Notes under the pieces: model-generated | Seen by the model: only the letters and a program-made list of their open reading frames with translations | Told to the model about the DNA's origin: nothing | Databases searched by the model: none | Translations under genes and position numbers: made by a program | Shown: positions 1 through 11,905 of the stretch, one piece after another | Numbering within the stretch: position 1 is the first letter of the stretch | Layout: each line of letters begins with the position of its first letter | Assembly: GCA_964016885.1 (NCBI GenBank) | Contig: CAXHJY010001734.1 | Location: forward strand, 1-38,337 | Origin: Eledone cirrhosa | Lineage: Eukaryota | Direction of reading: 5' to 3' | DNA length: 38,337 nucleotides

Positions 1-322
1 GTCAGGCATACCGAAAACGATAAATTGAAACAAAATGAAAACGAAATTTCATTTCTCACTCTTAGTATGGCACTTACTTAAATGTAAGTATGCATGTATA
101 CGTACATACATATATGTATACAGACGTACAGTAGCATGCACATATATATATATATATACATATATACATACATATGCATACAGGTACACATACATATATG
201 CACGTATCAGTTTAGCGGCGCTAACGTCGCTTTGTTCGTTTGTAAACAAACTGAACAGCCTGAATTTATGCCATACGGTGTTAAGGCAACCACGTCACCT
301 TTTTGTTCAACACTGACACAGG

Positions 323-367
323 AACGATGTACTAGTTTCAAGCTTGTTAGCTATCATCAGCACCGTT
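323..367 (-). ncRNA. Minimal type I hammerhead ribozyme in satellite unit
   Basis: Reverse complement reads AACGGTG-CTGATGA-TAGCTAACAAGCTT-GAAA-CTAG-TA-CATCGTT, identical to the copies at 1041 and 1507. Confidence 0.8.
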
Positions 368-1040
368 TACCCATCTGCCAGATAGTTGAACGTTCGAAAG
401 TATATACTTTCCTTATGAAAATTAACGGCTGAGCAGCCTAATTTGCATATTGAGTGAGTTAAATCGGTCAGGCATACCGAAAACGATAAATTGAAACAAA
501 ATGAAAACGAAATTTCATTTCTCACTCTTAGTATGGCACTTACTTAAATGTAAGTATGCATGTATACGTACATACATATATGTATACAGACGTACAGTAG
601 CATGCACATATATATATATATATACATATATATATACAAAAAGGTGACGTGGTTGCCTTAACACCGTATGGCATAAATTCAGGCTGTTCAGTTTGTTTAC
701 AAACGAACAAAGCGACGTTAGCGCCGCTAAACTGATACGTGCATATATGTATGTGTACCTGTATGCATATGTATATATATATGTATATATATATATATAT
801 GTGCATGCTACTGTACGTCTGTATACATATATGTATGTACGTATACATGCATACTTACATTTAAGTAAGTGCCATACTAAGAGTGAGAAATGAAATTTCG
901 TTTTCATTTTGTTTCAATTTATCGTTTTCGGTATGCCTGACCGATTTAACTCACTCAATATGCAAATTAGGCTGCTCAGCCGTTAATTTTCATAAGGAAA
1001 GTATATACTTTCGAACGTTCAACTATCTGGCAGATGGGTA

Positions 1041-1085
1041 AACGGTGCTGATGATAGCTAACAAGCTTGAAACTAGTACATCGTT
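1041..1085 (+). ncRNA. Minimal type I hammerhead ribozyme in satellite unit
   Basis: Stem I is AACGGTG/CATCGTT (7 bp, one G-U). Core CTGATGA at 1048-1054; stem II AGCT-aaca-AGCT; GAAA at 1069-1072; palindromic stem III ACTAGT; GUA triplet with predicted cleavage after 1078. The base of stem II is an atypical U-U. Confidence 0.8.
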
Positions 1086-1506
1086 CCTGTGTCAGTGTTG
1101 AACAAAAAGGTGACGTGGTTGCCTTAACACCGTATGGCATAAATTCAGGCTGTTCAGTTTGTTTACAAACGAACAAAGCGACGTTAGCGCCGCTAAACTG
1201 ATACGTGCATATATGTATGTGTACCTGTATGCATATGTATATATATATGTATATATATATATATATGTGCATGCTACTGTACGTCTGTATACATATATGT
1301 ATGTACGTATACATGCATACTTACATTTAAGTAAGTGCCATACTAAGAGTGAGAAATGAAATTTCGTTTTCATTTTGTTTCAATTTATCGTTTTCGGTAT
1401 GCCTGACCGATTTAACTCACTCAATATGCAAATTAGGCTGCTCAGCCGTTAATTTTCATAAGGAAAGTATATACTTTCGAACGTTCAACTATCTGGCAGA
1501 TGGGTA

Positions 1507-1551
1507 AACGGTGCTGATGATAGCTAACAAGCTTGAAACTAGTACATCGTT
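1507..1551 (+). ncRNA. Minimal type I hammerhead ribozyme in satellite unit
   Basis: Identical motif exactly 466 nt after the 1041 copy; predicted cleavage after 1544. Confidence 0.8.
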
Positions 1552-1842
1552 CCTGTGTCAGTGTTGAACAAAAAGGTGACGTGGTTGCCTTAACACCGTA
1601 TGGCATAAATTCAGGCTGTTCAGTTTGTTTACAAACGAACAAAGCGACGTTAGCGCCGCTAAACTGATACGTGCATATATGTATGTGTACCTGTATGCAT
1701 ATGTATATATATATATATATGTGCATGCTACTGTACGTCTGTATACATATATGTATGTACGTATACATGCATACTTACATTTAAGTAAGTGCCATACTAA
1801 GAGTGAGAAATGAAATTTCGTTTTCATTTTGTTTCAATTTAT

Positions 1843-2883
<1,041 letters not shown>

Positions 2884-3480
2884 TGGTGGCTGCCAACTCG
2901 TTTTCGAGTACGGCCACTACTTTATATCGATGTAGGAGAACCCCTACTGATGCGCTGAACAAGTGTGACTTTTTAGTCCAGCCAGCGACTTGAAAACTCT
3001 GGTACAAACACTACACTTGTGACAATTATTGACACATAGTGCTAGGCCCATAGTACCATGTGACGACAAGTGCAGAGAGATCTCCAGATATAAAGCAATG
3101 CCTGTGCCCTGAAGCTTTTATAGTGAGCAAAGGCACTGCACAAAGCCAATCCCACTCTCTTAACCAAGATGATATTTACCAAAAAGAAGAACAAGTCAAC
3201 ATCATTGGATACCATCAGGGTTGCAGGTGTTATATCAGAGTTTTCTTTCTCCTAGATTTCTGCCTTGACAAAGGCTAAGGGGTCATCTTTCCCGGTGATT
3301 TTGGATGGCCATTGACTCTTAAGAGCGCCTTTGCCCTTTGACAGGTTTTGTTTTTAGTCCTGCAGGATGTCCAAAGTCACCCTCCTCACCAAGAAACCTT
3401 GGTGGGGTTGCCAGTTTAGACGCCAACGACCCGACCATGAGACAGGTTGTACTGGGATACATGTTACTAGTAACACCAAC
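2884..3480 (-). mobile_element. Non-autonomous bipartite RTE derivative (RTE-like 5' UTR + RTE 3' end), copy 1
   Basis: The minus strand ends TGGCCGTACTCGAAAACGAGTTGGCAGCCACCA-(TA)n, matching the LINE 3' end TGGCCATACTCGATAACGAGGGGGCAGCCATCA at ~31915-31947. It also contains CCCCTTAGCC..CTAGGAGAA..AACTCTGATATAACACCTGC..GATGTTGA, matching the LINE 5' UTR at ~27806-27925. No long ORF. Second copy at 8779-9382. Confidence 0.8.
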
Positions 3481-3588
3481 ATATATACATATATATACAT
3501 ATATACATATATATATATACATATATATATAAATATACATATATATATATATACATATATACATATATATATATATATACATATATAC

Positions 3589-3619
<31 letters not shown>

Positions 3620-3684
3620 CATATATATATGCATATACATATATACATATATATATATATACATATATACATATACATATATAC

Positions 3685-3715
<31 letters not shown>

Positions 3716-3988
3716 CATATATATATACATATATATATACATATATATATATAAATATATATATGTATATATATACATATATATATACATATATACATAC
3801 ATATATATATACATGTATATATACATATACATATATACATATATATATACATATACATATATATATGTATATATATACATATACATATATATATGTATAT
3901 ATATATATATATATGTATATATATACATATATATATGTATATATATACATATATATATGTATATACATATATATATATACATATATAC

Positions 3989-4041
<53 letters not shown>

Positions 4042-4246
4042 CATATATATACATACATATATATATACATATATATACATATATACATATATATATACAT
4101 ATATATACATATATATATATACATATATATACATATACATATATATACATATATATATATACATATATATATATATACATATATATATGTATATATATAC
4201 ATATATATATGTATATACATATATATATATACATATATACATATAT

Positions 4247-4284
<38 letters not shown>

Positions 4285-4503
4285 ATACATATATATACAC
4301 ATATATACATATATATACATATATATACATATATACATATATATATACATTTATATACATATATACATATATATATATATACATATATACATATATATAT
4401 ATATACATATATACATATATATACATATATACATATATATATACATATATACATATATATATATACATATATATATATACATATATATATACATATATAT
4501 ATA
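3481..4503. repeat. Interrupted (TA)n microsatellite
   Basis: Direct inspection. Confidence 0.97.
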
Positions 4504-4535
4504 TAAGATCAAAAGATGGTTAAATGAGTTCCATG

Positions 4536-4606
4536 TATTTTATTATGCGCATTTCAAAAACAAATATCATCATGCAATAACATTTGTGTTTTCATCAGAT
4601 AAAATA
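4536..4606 (-). ncRNA. Type I hammerhead ribozyme in inverted PLE pseudo-LTR
   Basis: Reverse complement of 6693-6763. Confidence 0.8.
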
Positions 4607-4674
4607 GGAAGACATGATATGAAGGTGAAAAACACTTGTGGATAGTGCAGTTTTAAATCAACATATGAAAAGTT

Positions 4675-5736
4675 GGAAAAAGAATATCTAACTTATCTTC
4701 TAATAAAAACATCTTCGATGCTAACGCCAATTACTATAATAACGCGCTTTCTAAAGCCGGCTATCCTTATAAAATCAAATATAATAACGAAACAAATTCT
4801 AGAAGATCTTACAGTAGAATAATTAATCATGATCATTCCAATAACATTAATAAAAGACCTAGATACAAAAACATAATCTGGTATAATGCTCCTTTCTCCA
4901 TCTCTATTAATAATATTATTCCTAAATTATTCTTTAGTGCCTTAAATAAATGCTTCCCTCCCTCACATATCTATAGTAAAATATTTAACAAATACACTAT
5001 AAAATTTTCCTATTCGACATCCTCCAACATTTCCAACATTATCTCTAAACACAACAATAAAATACTAAATATTAAATCTCTTCCTTCCAACACTGAATAT
5101 CATAATAATAGTAATAGTACTCCCGACGTCATTGTAAACTCTAGGCTAATTTCTGCAAACCCAAATACAACGTCAAACACAACTTCACTAAATGTTCTTA
5201 ATCCCATTCTAAATCAAGAAACTATTATTCCTATCGCAAATAACTTCTCCAATCCAATTCCTTCTATAGATAACACTAGGTGACTCGTTAATAATCTCTC
5301 TAATCGCAATTGCAATTGCCCTGCTAAAAATAAATGTCCTCTCAACAACCATTGTCTTGATAAAAACTTAATCTACGAATGTAAAGTTATAACTGACACC
5401 AATTCCTTCACCTATTTTGGCTCCACTTCCACCTCCTTTAAAGCTCGTCTTTATAATCATCATTCGTCTTTTAAATACCAACTTAAAAGAACCAACACGG
5501 CTCTCTCAGAACTCATATGGTCCTGAAAGACAAAAATATTAAATATAACATCTCTTGGAAAAAGGTTTCTTCTGCTTCTACATACTTGAACAGTTCTCTA
5601 TCCAAGACTTGCAATCTCTGTCTAAATGAAAAATTTACATTATATCTAATTTAGATTCTATAATAAATAGACGCACTGACTTGTTTTCTATCTGCTTGCA
5701 TAAATTCCACAGATCTTTCCATAAAGTATACAGCTA
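4675..5736 (+). pseudogene. Decayed PLE ORF C-terminus: RT thumb/linker, Cys-rich motif and GIY-YIG endonuclease
   Basis: Manual translation from 4675 (absent from the ORF track): GKRISNLSSNKNIFDANANYYNNALSKAGY...KNIIWYNAPFS...KCFPPSHIYSKIFNKYTIKFSYS...[62 protein letters not shown]. In-frame TGA at 5281; frameshifts near 5523 and 5640. Confidence 0.85.
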
Positions 5737-6171
5737 ATATCCTAAACTTTATCAATTCAGAATCCTTTTCTCAAGGGCACATATATATATATATATACTT
5801 CTTTAAAAATATACCCATCTTTCTACCTTATTTCAAAGTTATTTATTACACATTATATAATACTTGTTACTCATTCTATATCACTCCTATTTATCACTTC
5901 CCTTTCTTCCTTTTCCTTTTCTTTTCTTTTTCTTTTAATTTCTAACCCCTAATCTGTACCTTTTCTCACTGTGCCTAACATAGAAACAATTATTACACAA
6001 TACAATATATTCTTACTTTATATCACCTTGAAAAAATCCTTCGTAAACATAAACATTTTTTTTGACGTTAGATTATTCATCCTCTATTCATTATTTTTTT
6101 CTCACTTTCACTTAACTTATTCATGCTCATCTCACAATATATCCTTACTTACATTACTTTTGTTTTTTTAA

Positions 6172-6345
6172 TAATACATATCAACATTTTCTTTCCATCG
6201 CACATATTATTAAACCCTTAAATATTATTCTTAATACATATTAACATTTTCTTTCCATCGCACATATTATTAAACCCTTAAATATTATTCTTAATACATA
6301 TTAACAATTTCTTTCATCGCATATATTATTAAACCCTTCAATATA
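6172..6345. repeat. ~60-bp minisatellite, ~3 copies, in the PLE 3' UTR
   Basis: TAATACATATTAACATTTTCTTTCCATCGCACATATTATTAAACCCTTAAATATTATTCT repeated with period 60. Confidence 0.9.
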
Positions 6346-6692
6346 CAAACCTTAACTTTACATTATTTTCTCTTCGTTAATTTTCAAATTCTTTTAATTT
6401 ATACATTATCTTCCAACGGTTTTTCAACCTCTCTATGTAAAACAATATATTTTTCTCAGTTATAAAAGCTATCTCTCTCTCTCTCTATCACCCATCTCTC
6501 CTCCTATCTCATCCTTCCTCATTATACTCCTCCCCCTCCACTTTTTTCTCTCATCTCCTCCTCCTTTTCACCCCCCCCCCCCCTCAAAAAAATGTTTCCC
6601 CAATATCACACATCAATCTAAAACTACTTTTCATATGTTGATTTAAAACTGCACTATCCACAAGTGTTTTTCACCTTCATATCATGTCTTCC

Positions 6693-6763
6693 TATTTTAT
6701 CTGATGAAAACACAAATGTTATTGCATGATGATATTTGTTTTTGAAATGCGCATAATAAAATA
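6693..6763 (+). ncRNA. Type I hammerhead ribozyme in PLE pseudo-LTR
   Basis: Stem I TATTTTAT/ATAAAATA; CTGATGA at 6701-6707; ~16-bp stem II at 6708-6743; GAAA at 6744-6747; palindromic stem III ATGCGCAT; AUA triplet with predicted cleavage after 6755. Confidence 0.85.
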
Positions 6764-6800
6764 CATGGAACTCATTTAACCATCTTTTGATCTTATATAT

Positions 6801-6890
6801 TATGTATACTCCAGTCCTACAAACTGTAGAGTGCTTCTTATCCGATATCTGCATTGCTTTATTGTACTACAATAAAACTCACCTCCTACA
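6801..6890 (+). repeat. 90-bp segment duplicated at 8505-8594; follows a pseudo-LTR in both cases (possible PLE tail)
   Basis: TATGTATACTCCAGTCCTACAAACTGTAG...CTCACCTCCTACA appears identical in both places. Confidence 0.85.
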
Positions 6891-7461
<571 letters not shown>

Positions 7462-8507
7462 ATAATATAAGATCAAAAGATGGTTAAAGGAGTTCCATGT
7501 ATTTTATTATGCGCATTTCAAAAACAAACATCATCATGCAATAATATTTGTGTTTTCATCAGATAAAACAGGAGAACATGATATGAAGGCTAAAAAACAC
7601 TTGTGGATAGTGCAGTTTTAAATCAACATATGAAAAGTGGTTTTAGATTGATGTGTGATATTGGGAAAAATATTTTATTTAGAGAGGGGGTGGGAGGATG
7701 AAAAAGGGAAGGAGATGAGAGGGAGAGATGGGTGATAGAGAGAAAGAGATAGTTTTTATAACTGAGAGGAGATATATTGTTTTACATAGAGCGGTTGAAA
7801 ACCGTTGGAAGATAATGTATAAATTAAAAATTAAAAAAAAATGTTGAAAATTAACGAAGGGAGGATATGTGCGAGGAAAAAATATTTTATTTAGGGAGGG
7901 GTGGGGTGGAAAGGATGAAAAAAGGGGGAGGAGATGAGAGTGAAGGTGGAGAGGGAGAGATGGGTGATAGAGAGAAAGAGATAGTTTTTATAACTGAGAA
8001 AAAGATATATAGTTTTACATAGAGAGGTTGGGAACCGTTGGAAGATAATGTATAAATTAAAGGAATTTGAAAATTAACGAAGGGAATTTATGTATGAAGA
8101 TAGAGAGAAAAAATAATAATTGTGGATGAATATTCTAACGTCAAAAAAAGAAATGTATGTTGATAAGATATTGTGGCAATTTCAAAATTAACGAAGAGAA
8201 AAATTATTAAGGTTTGTGTGTAGAAGGATTTGAGAAAAATAATGTGGAGTTAAAGTTTGTATATTGAAGGAATTGATAATATATGCGAATAAAGAGTTAA
8301 TATGTATTAATAATGAGTTCGTTGATGGGGAGAAAAAAATAATAAATTAAGGATGAAATTGAGATTAAAAAGATTTATGATAGAGAGAAAAAAAGAGAAA
8401 AAAAAAATGATGAAAACACAAATATTATTGCATGATGATGTTTGTTTTTGAAATGCGCATAATAAAATACATGGAACTCCTTTAACCATCTTTTGATCTT
8501 ATATTAT
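7462..8507 (-). mobile_element. Second, non-coding PLE remnant (3' UTR + pseudo-LTR) with 100-bp inverted termini
   Basis: The body is a diverged reverse complement of roughly 6030-6795, with an internal ~240-bp duplication (ACCGTTGGAAGATAATGTATAAATTAAA at ~7801 and ~8034). Inverted repeat at 7462-7561 / 8408-8507. Confidence 0.85.
7500..7570 (-). ncRNA. Type I hammerhead ribozyme variant in second PLE remnant
   Basis: Same core as 6693-6763, with three substitutions in stems I and II that all keep pairing (G-U/A-U exchanges). Confidence 0.8.
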
Positions 8508-8590
8508 GTATACTCCAGTCCTACAAACTGTAGAGTGCTTCTTATCCGATATCTGCATTGCTTTATTGTACTACAATAAAACTCACCTCC

Positions 8591-8768
<178 letters not shown>

Positions 8769-8778
8769 TATATATATA

Positions 8779-9382
8779 TGGTGGCTGCCAACTCGTTTTC
8801 GAGTACGGCTACTACTTTATATCCATGTAAGAGAACCCTTACCGATGCGCTGAACGAGTGTGACTTTTAGTCCAGCCAGCGACTTGAAAACTCTGGTACA
8901 AACACTACACTTGTGCCAATTATTGACACATAGGGCTGGGCCCATGGTACCATGTGACGACAAGTGCAGAGAGATCTCCAGATATAAAGCAATGCCTGTG
9001 CCGTGAAGCTTTTATAGTGAGCAAAGGCACTGCACAAAGCCAGTCCCACTCTTTGATGATATTTACTAAAAAGAAGAACAAGTCAACGTCATTGGATACC
9101 ATCAGGGTTGCAGGTGTTATATCAGAGTTTTCCTTCTCCTAGAATTCTGCCTTGACAAAGGCTAAGGGGTCATCTCTCCGGTGATTTTGGATGGCCATTG
9201 ACTCTTAAGAGCTCTTTTGCCCTTTGACAGGTTTTGTTTTTAGTCCTGCAGGATGTCCAAAGTCATCCTCCTCACCAAGAAACCTTGGTGGGGTTGCCAG
9301 TTTAGACGCCAACGACCCGACCATGAGACAGGTTGTACTGGGATACATATTACCAGTAGCACCAACTGGTGACCTGACAGTC
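8779..9382 (-). mobile_element. Non-autonomous bipartite RTE derivative, copy 2
   Basis: Highly similar to 2884-3480 in the same orientation, ~16 nt longer at the 5' end, and flanked by (TA)n on both sides. Confidence 0.8.
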
Positions 9383-9503
9383 ATATATATATATATACAT
9401 ATATACATACATATATATATTATACACATATATATATATATACATACATATATATATATATACATACATATATATATATATACATATATATATACATACA
9501 TAC

Positions 9504-9572
<69 letters not shown>

Positions 9573-9644
9573 TACATATATATATACATATATACATATA
9601 TATATACATACATACATATATATACATACATACATATTTATATA

Positions 9645-9713
9645 CATACTTATATATAAGTAACAGCCGTACTAAGAGTGAGAAATGAAATTTCGTTTCA
9701 TTTTTTCCGTTAA
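9645..9713 (+). repeat. Diverged solitary fragment of the 466-bp satellite unit
   Basis: CATACTTATATATAAGTAACAGCCGTACTAAGAGTGAGAAATGAAATTTCGTTTCATTTT aligns with CATACTTACATTTAAGTAAGTGCCATACTAAGAGTGAGAAATGAAATTTCGTTTTCATTTT (~850-910). Confidence 0.8.
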
Positions 9714-9752
9714 TATATATATATATACACATATATATATACATATATATAT

Positions 9753-9955
9753 ATAGGAACGAGTAGGACCCCGACGGCTGAGCTCAAGCCGTTTCGACGG
9801 CTAATTCTGAACTAATTCTGTCCAGAATTAACCGTCGAAACGCCTTGAGCTCAGCCGTCGGGGTCCTACTCGTTCCTATCACCCACTCTACTACTCTAAG
9901 TATTGAGTACTTTGGTGCGTTATGGTCCATCTGGTTCCTTACCACATTTCCTTCG

Positions 9956-9960
<5 letters not shown>
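9753..9960. mobile_element. Short fold-back element: 57-bp hairpin + ~80-bp conserved tail, copy 1
   Basis: Arms at 9753-9809 / 9823-9879 (2 mismatches), then tail CACCCACTCTACTACTCTAAGTATTGAGTAC...CTTCGTTA; flanked by (TA)n. Relatives at 11906-12077 and 12283-12370. Confidence 0.7.
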
Positions 9961-10008
<48 letters not shown>

Positions 10009-10011
10009 CAT

Positions 10012-10044
<33 letters not shown>

Positions 10045-10106
10045 AACGTATGTGGTTAACGGCTGAGATATATATATATATAACACATATATACACCATA
10101 ATAACT

Positions 10107-10195
10107 GATTCTACTTTAGGCACAAGGCCACCAATTTGAAACGAAGGGGAAAGTCGATTAAATCGATCCCACTGCTTACTGGTATTTTATTTTAA
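10107..10195 (-). mobile_element. SINE 3' fragment (Octopus-type)
   Basis: The minus strand reads AAAATAAAATACCAGTAAGCAGTGGGATCGATTTAATCGACT..AAATTGGTGGCCTTGTGCCTAAAGTAGAA, resembling the 3' half of abundant octopus SINEs. Recognised from memory, not searched. Confidence 0.55.
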
Positions 10196-10305
10196 AATTA
10201 ATTGTTTCTAATTATATATATATAATTAAGAATAGTTTTCTGAGGAGGATCGGATAGAAACCAGTTAAATAAGGTACTTAATACATTAGTTCAGAAGATA
10301 TATAT

Positions 10306-10414
10306 TTATTTCATATAAAATTAACTACTACAGGATAAGAACTGTTTTATTTGTTTGAAATTCAAAATAACGAAACAGTTCTTGTACTGGAGAAGTTAAT
10401 TCGATGTGGAATAA
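10306..10414. repeat. Imperfect ~54-bp-arm inverted repeat within a second small repeat family
   Basis: TTATTTCATAT..AATTAACT..AAGAACTGTTT..TTTGAA pairs with TTCAAA..AAACAGTTCTT..AGTTAATT..ATGTGGAATAA. A degenerate relative lies at ~12119-12250. Confidence 0.65.
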
Positions 10415-11158
10415 TAAAACAAACACACACACACACATATATAGTGAGAGAGAGAGAGTGTGGGGGCGACTCATTCACTAGAAGTAATCGACCTGTTGAG
10501 TAGCTACTACTGTTTATAATTTACCTGCCCGTGTCTCAGGGAACTTGTACTCACTTTTGTTAGCCACCCATTTCCTTCTCTTTCCCTGCATCAGCAACAG
10601 TCAGGGAAGACAATCTCGCCCCCTTCACTAGCAACAAGCGTGAGAACCCTTAAACTCCCGCCGTTACATAGTAAATGAAAAAGATTGAAAAATGTTTATA
10701 TAGTTCTTACACTGTAAATGGGGACAGTAAGCAGGTCATTGTCGCTGTGAAAGCAAGGTATATCTACAGCAGCAGTGCTGGATAAGTTTTACTAACTTCT
10801 TCATTGGCAAATCAACCACCAAAGATTTAGGGTTTTTTTTTATAGCATGGAGTAATAACGAACGGGGCAATGAAACTTTTTAAATACACGAGTAGGCCTT
10901 CTGTTTTGGTAAAAACTTAATGTAACACAGGAAGGAATGGGTTGAAAAATATGTTGTTTGTTTTTTGTATACATTACAATTATTGAAATAAGGAGTTGAA
11001 AAGATATTAGTTAAAGATGAACATATTGAGGTTTTCAGTGTAACAACCTGTAGCTAAGAACAGGATCAGGCTACCCTTTATATATTTTGTAAGCCAGACA
11101 TAAGTATTACCTATTAAACTATGGTCGTATCTGACGAACACTTCAGTCGTCAGTTAAA

Positions 11159-11353
11159 ATGTCCGCCAGTCACTTTTCCTCTCACCTGTATCCTGTTACT
11201 GAACTGCCGTCACCTGGATATGTTACCGGCCAGCAGCAGCAGCAACAACAACAACACTATATTGTCTCACGGCCTACAAACACCGTCAATTTACATGGCA
11301 GTAATATAGCTGCGCCATATAACTACAAACCTGTGGATACATCAAGGAACATG
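11159..11353 (+). other. Candidate host-gene exon (Q-rich, low complexity)
   Basis: Open frame MSASHFSSHLYPVTELPSPGYVTGQQQQQQQQHYIVSRP...DTSRNM followed by consensus donor GTGAGT at 11354. The acceptor is weak and no homology was recognised. Confidence 0.3.
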
Positions 11354-11905
11354 GTGAGTTATGAAACCACATCATCATCATTATACATAATGTATATATA
11401 TATTTATTTATACACACGTATGTGATTCTTGTTATATATAATATTCAAACGGAGAAGAGAGGTACTATCATTAATAGCGTTATGTTTTATTTTTTTTTAA
11501 ATCAGAAGTTTCACTCTGTTATAACTCTTCCAGACTCTCATATGTTGATAATGTCCAACACTATGACCAGGTGTAAGTGTTTCGTAATGTTCAGTAATAT
11601 TCACTTGAACAACTCTATTTTAGCCAAAAAAACAAAACAAACATTACTTCCTCCTCAATATGTTCTCTGCTTTACAGCCCCACCTCGCGTTTACAACTTC
11701 TTACGTTCAGTTTTATATAAACTTTAAAACTGATTTAAACACAATAGGGTGATAAATGGGTTTTAATTTAAGCAATGGAAAAGGTGATAATTATTCTATT
11801 AGCATTTATTTTCTCAGTAACCACCATATATAACCCTCGCCATGTAATGTATCTGTCTCTCTCACGTACATAGCTAAATATTGATAGGTATATATATATA
11901 CCGAA

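Larger units (their letters stand above)
1..1842. repeat. 466-bp tandem satellite (retrozyme-like), with an internal inversion at ~636; runs off the left window edge
   Basis: The unit start GTCAGGCATACCGAAAACG occurs at 1 and 467. From ~636 the sequence is the reverse complement of the unit, with GTATGCCTGAC ending at 941 and 1407 (period 466). The last unit is 12 nt shorter in its internal TA tract and ends at ~1842 in (TA)n. Units are near-identical. Confidence 0.95.
4504..6795 (+). mobile_element. 5'-truncated Penelope-like element with inverted pseudo-LTRs
   Basis: A 170-bp inverted repeat (4504-4673 / 6626-6795) flanks a decayed PLE coding region and an AT-rich 3' UTR. The repeat contains a hammerhead motif. 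An inverted pLTR at a truncated 5' end is the established PLE architecture. Confidence 0.88.

Noticed and set aside
35-1827. Repeated 62-130 aa ORFs in the satellite
   Set aside because: Overlapping frames across the internal TA tract, with no recognisable motifs; they recur only because the unit repeats.
1-1842. CRISPR-like or tandem snRNA/5S gene array
   Set aside because: No short repeat-spacer pattern and no recognisable snRNA, tRNA or rRNA sequence.
4504-6795. Cut-and-paste DNA transposon with 170-bp TIRs
   Set aside because: The interior encodes a PLE RT C-terminus/GIY-YIG rather than a transposase, and the repeats hold a hammerhead. This fits inverted pseudo-LTRs.
8408-8470. Fourth functional PLE hammerhead
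   Set aside because: Truncated: core C3 and the 5' strand of stem I are replaced by poly-A.
9290-9382. HDV-like ribozyme at the 5' end of the non-autonomous RTE element (minus strand CCAGT..ACC-TGTCTCAT-GGT..CTAA-ACTGG)
   Set aside because: Partial resemblance only: P2 and P3 are not adjacent, L3 is 8 nt and no convincing P1 was found.
10240-10270. CTGAGGA...GAAA hammerhead-like motif
   Set aside because: Stem II does not pair, and there is no valid stem III or NUH site.
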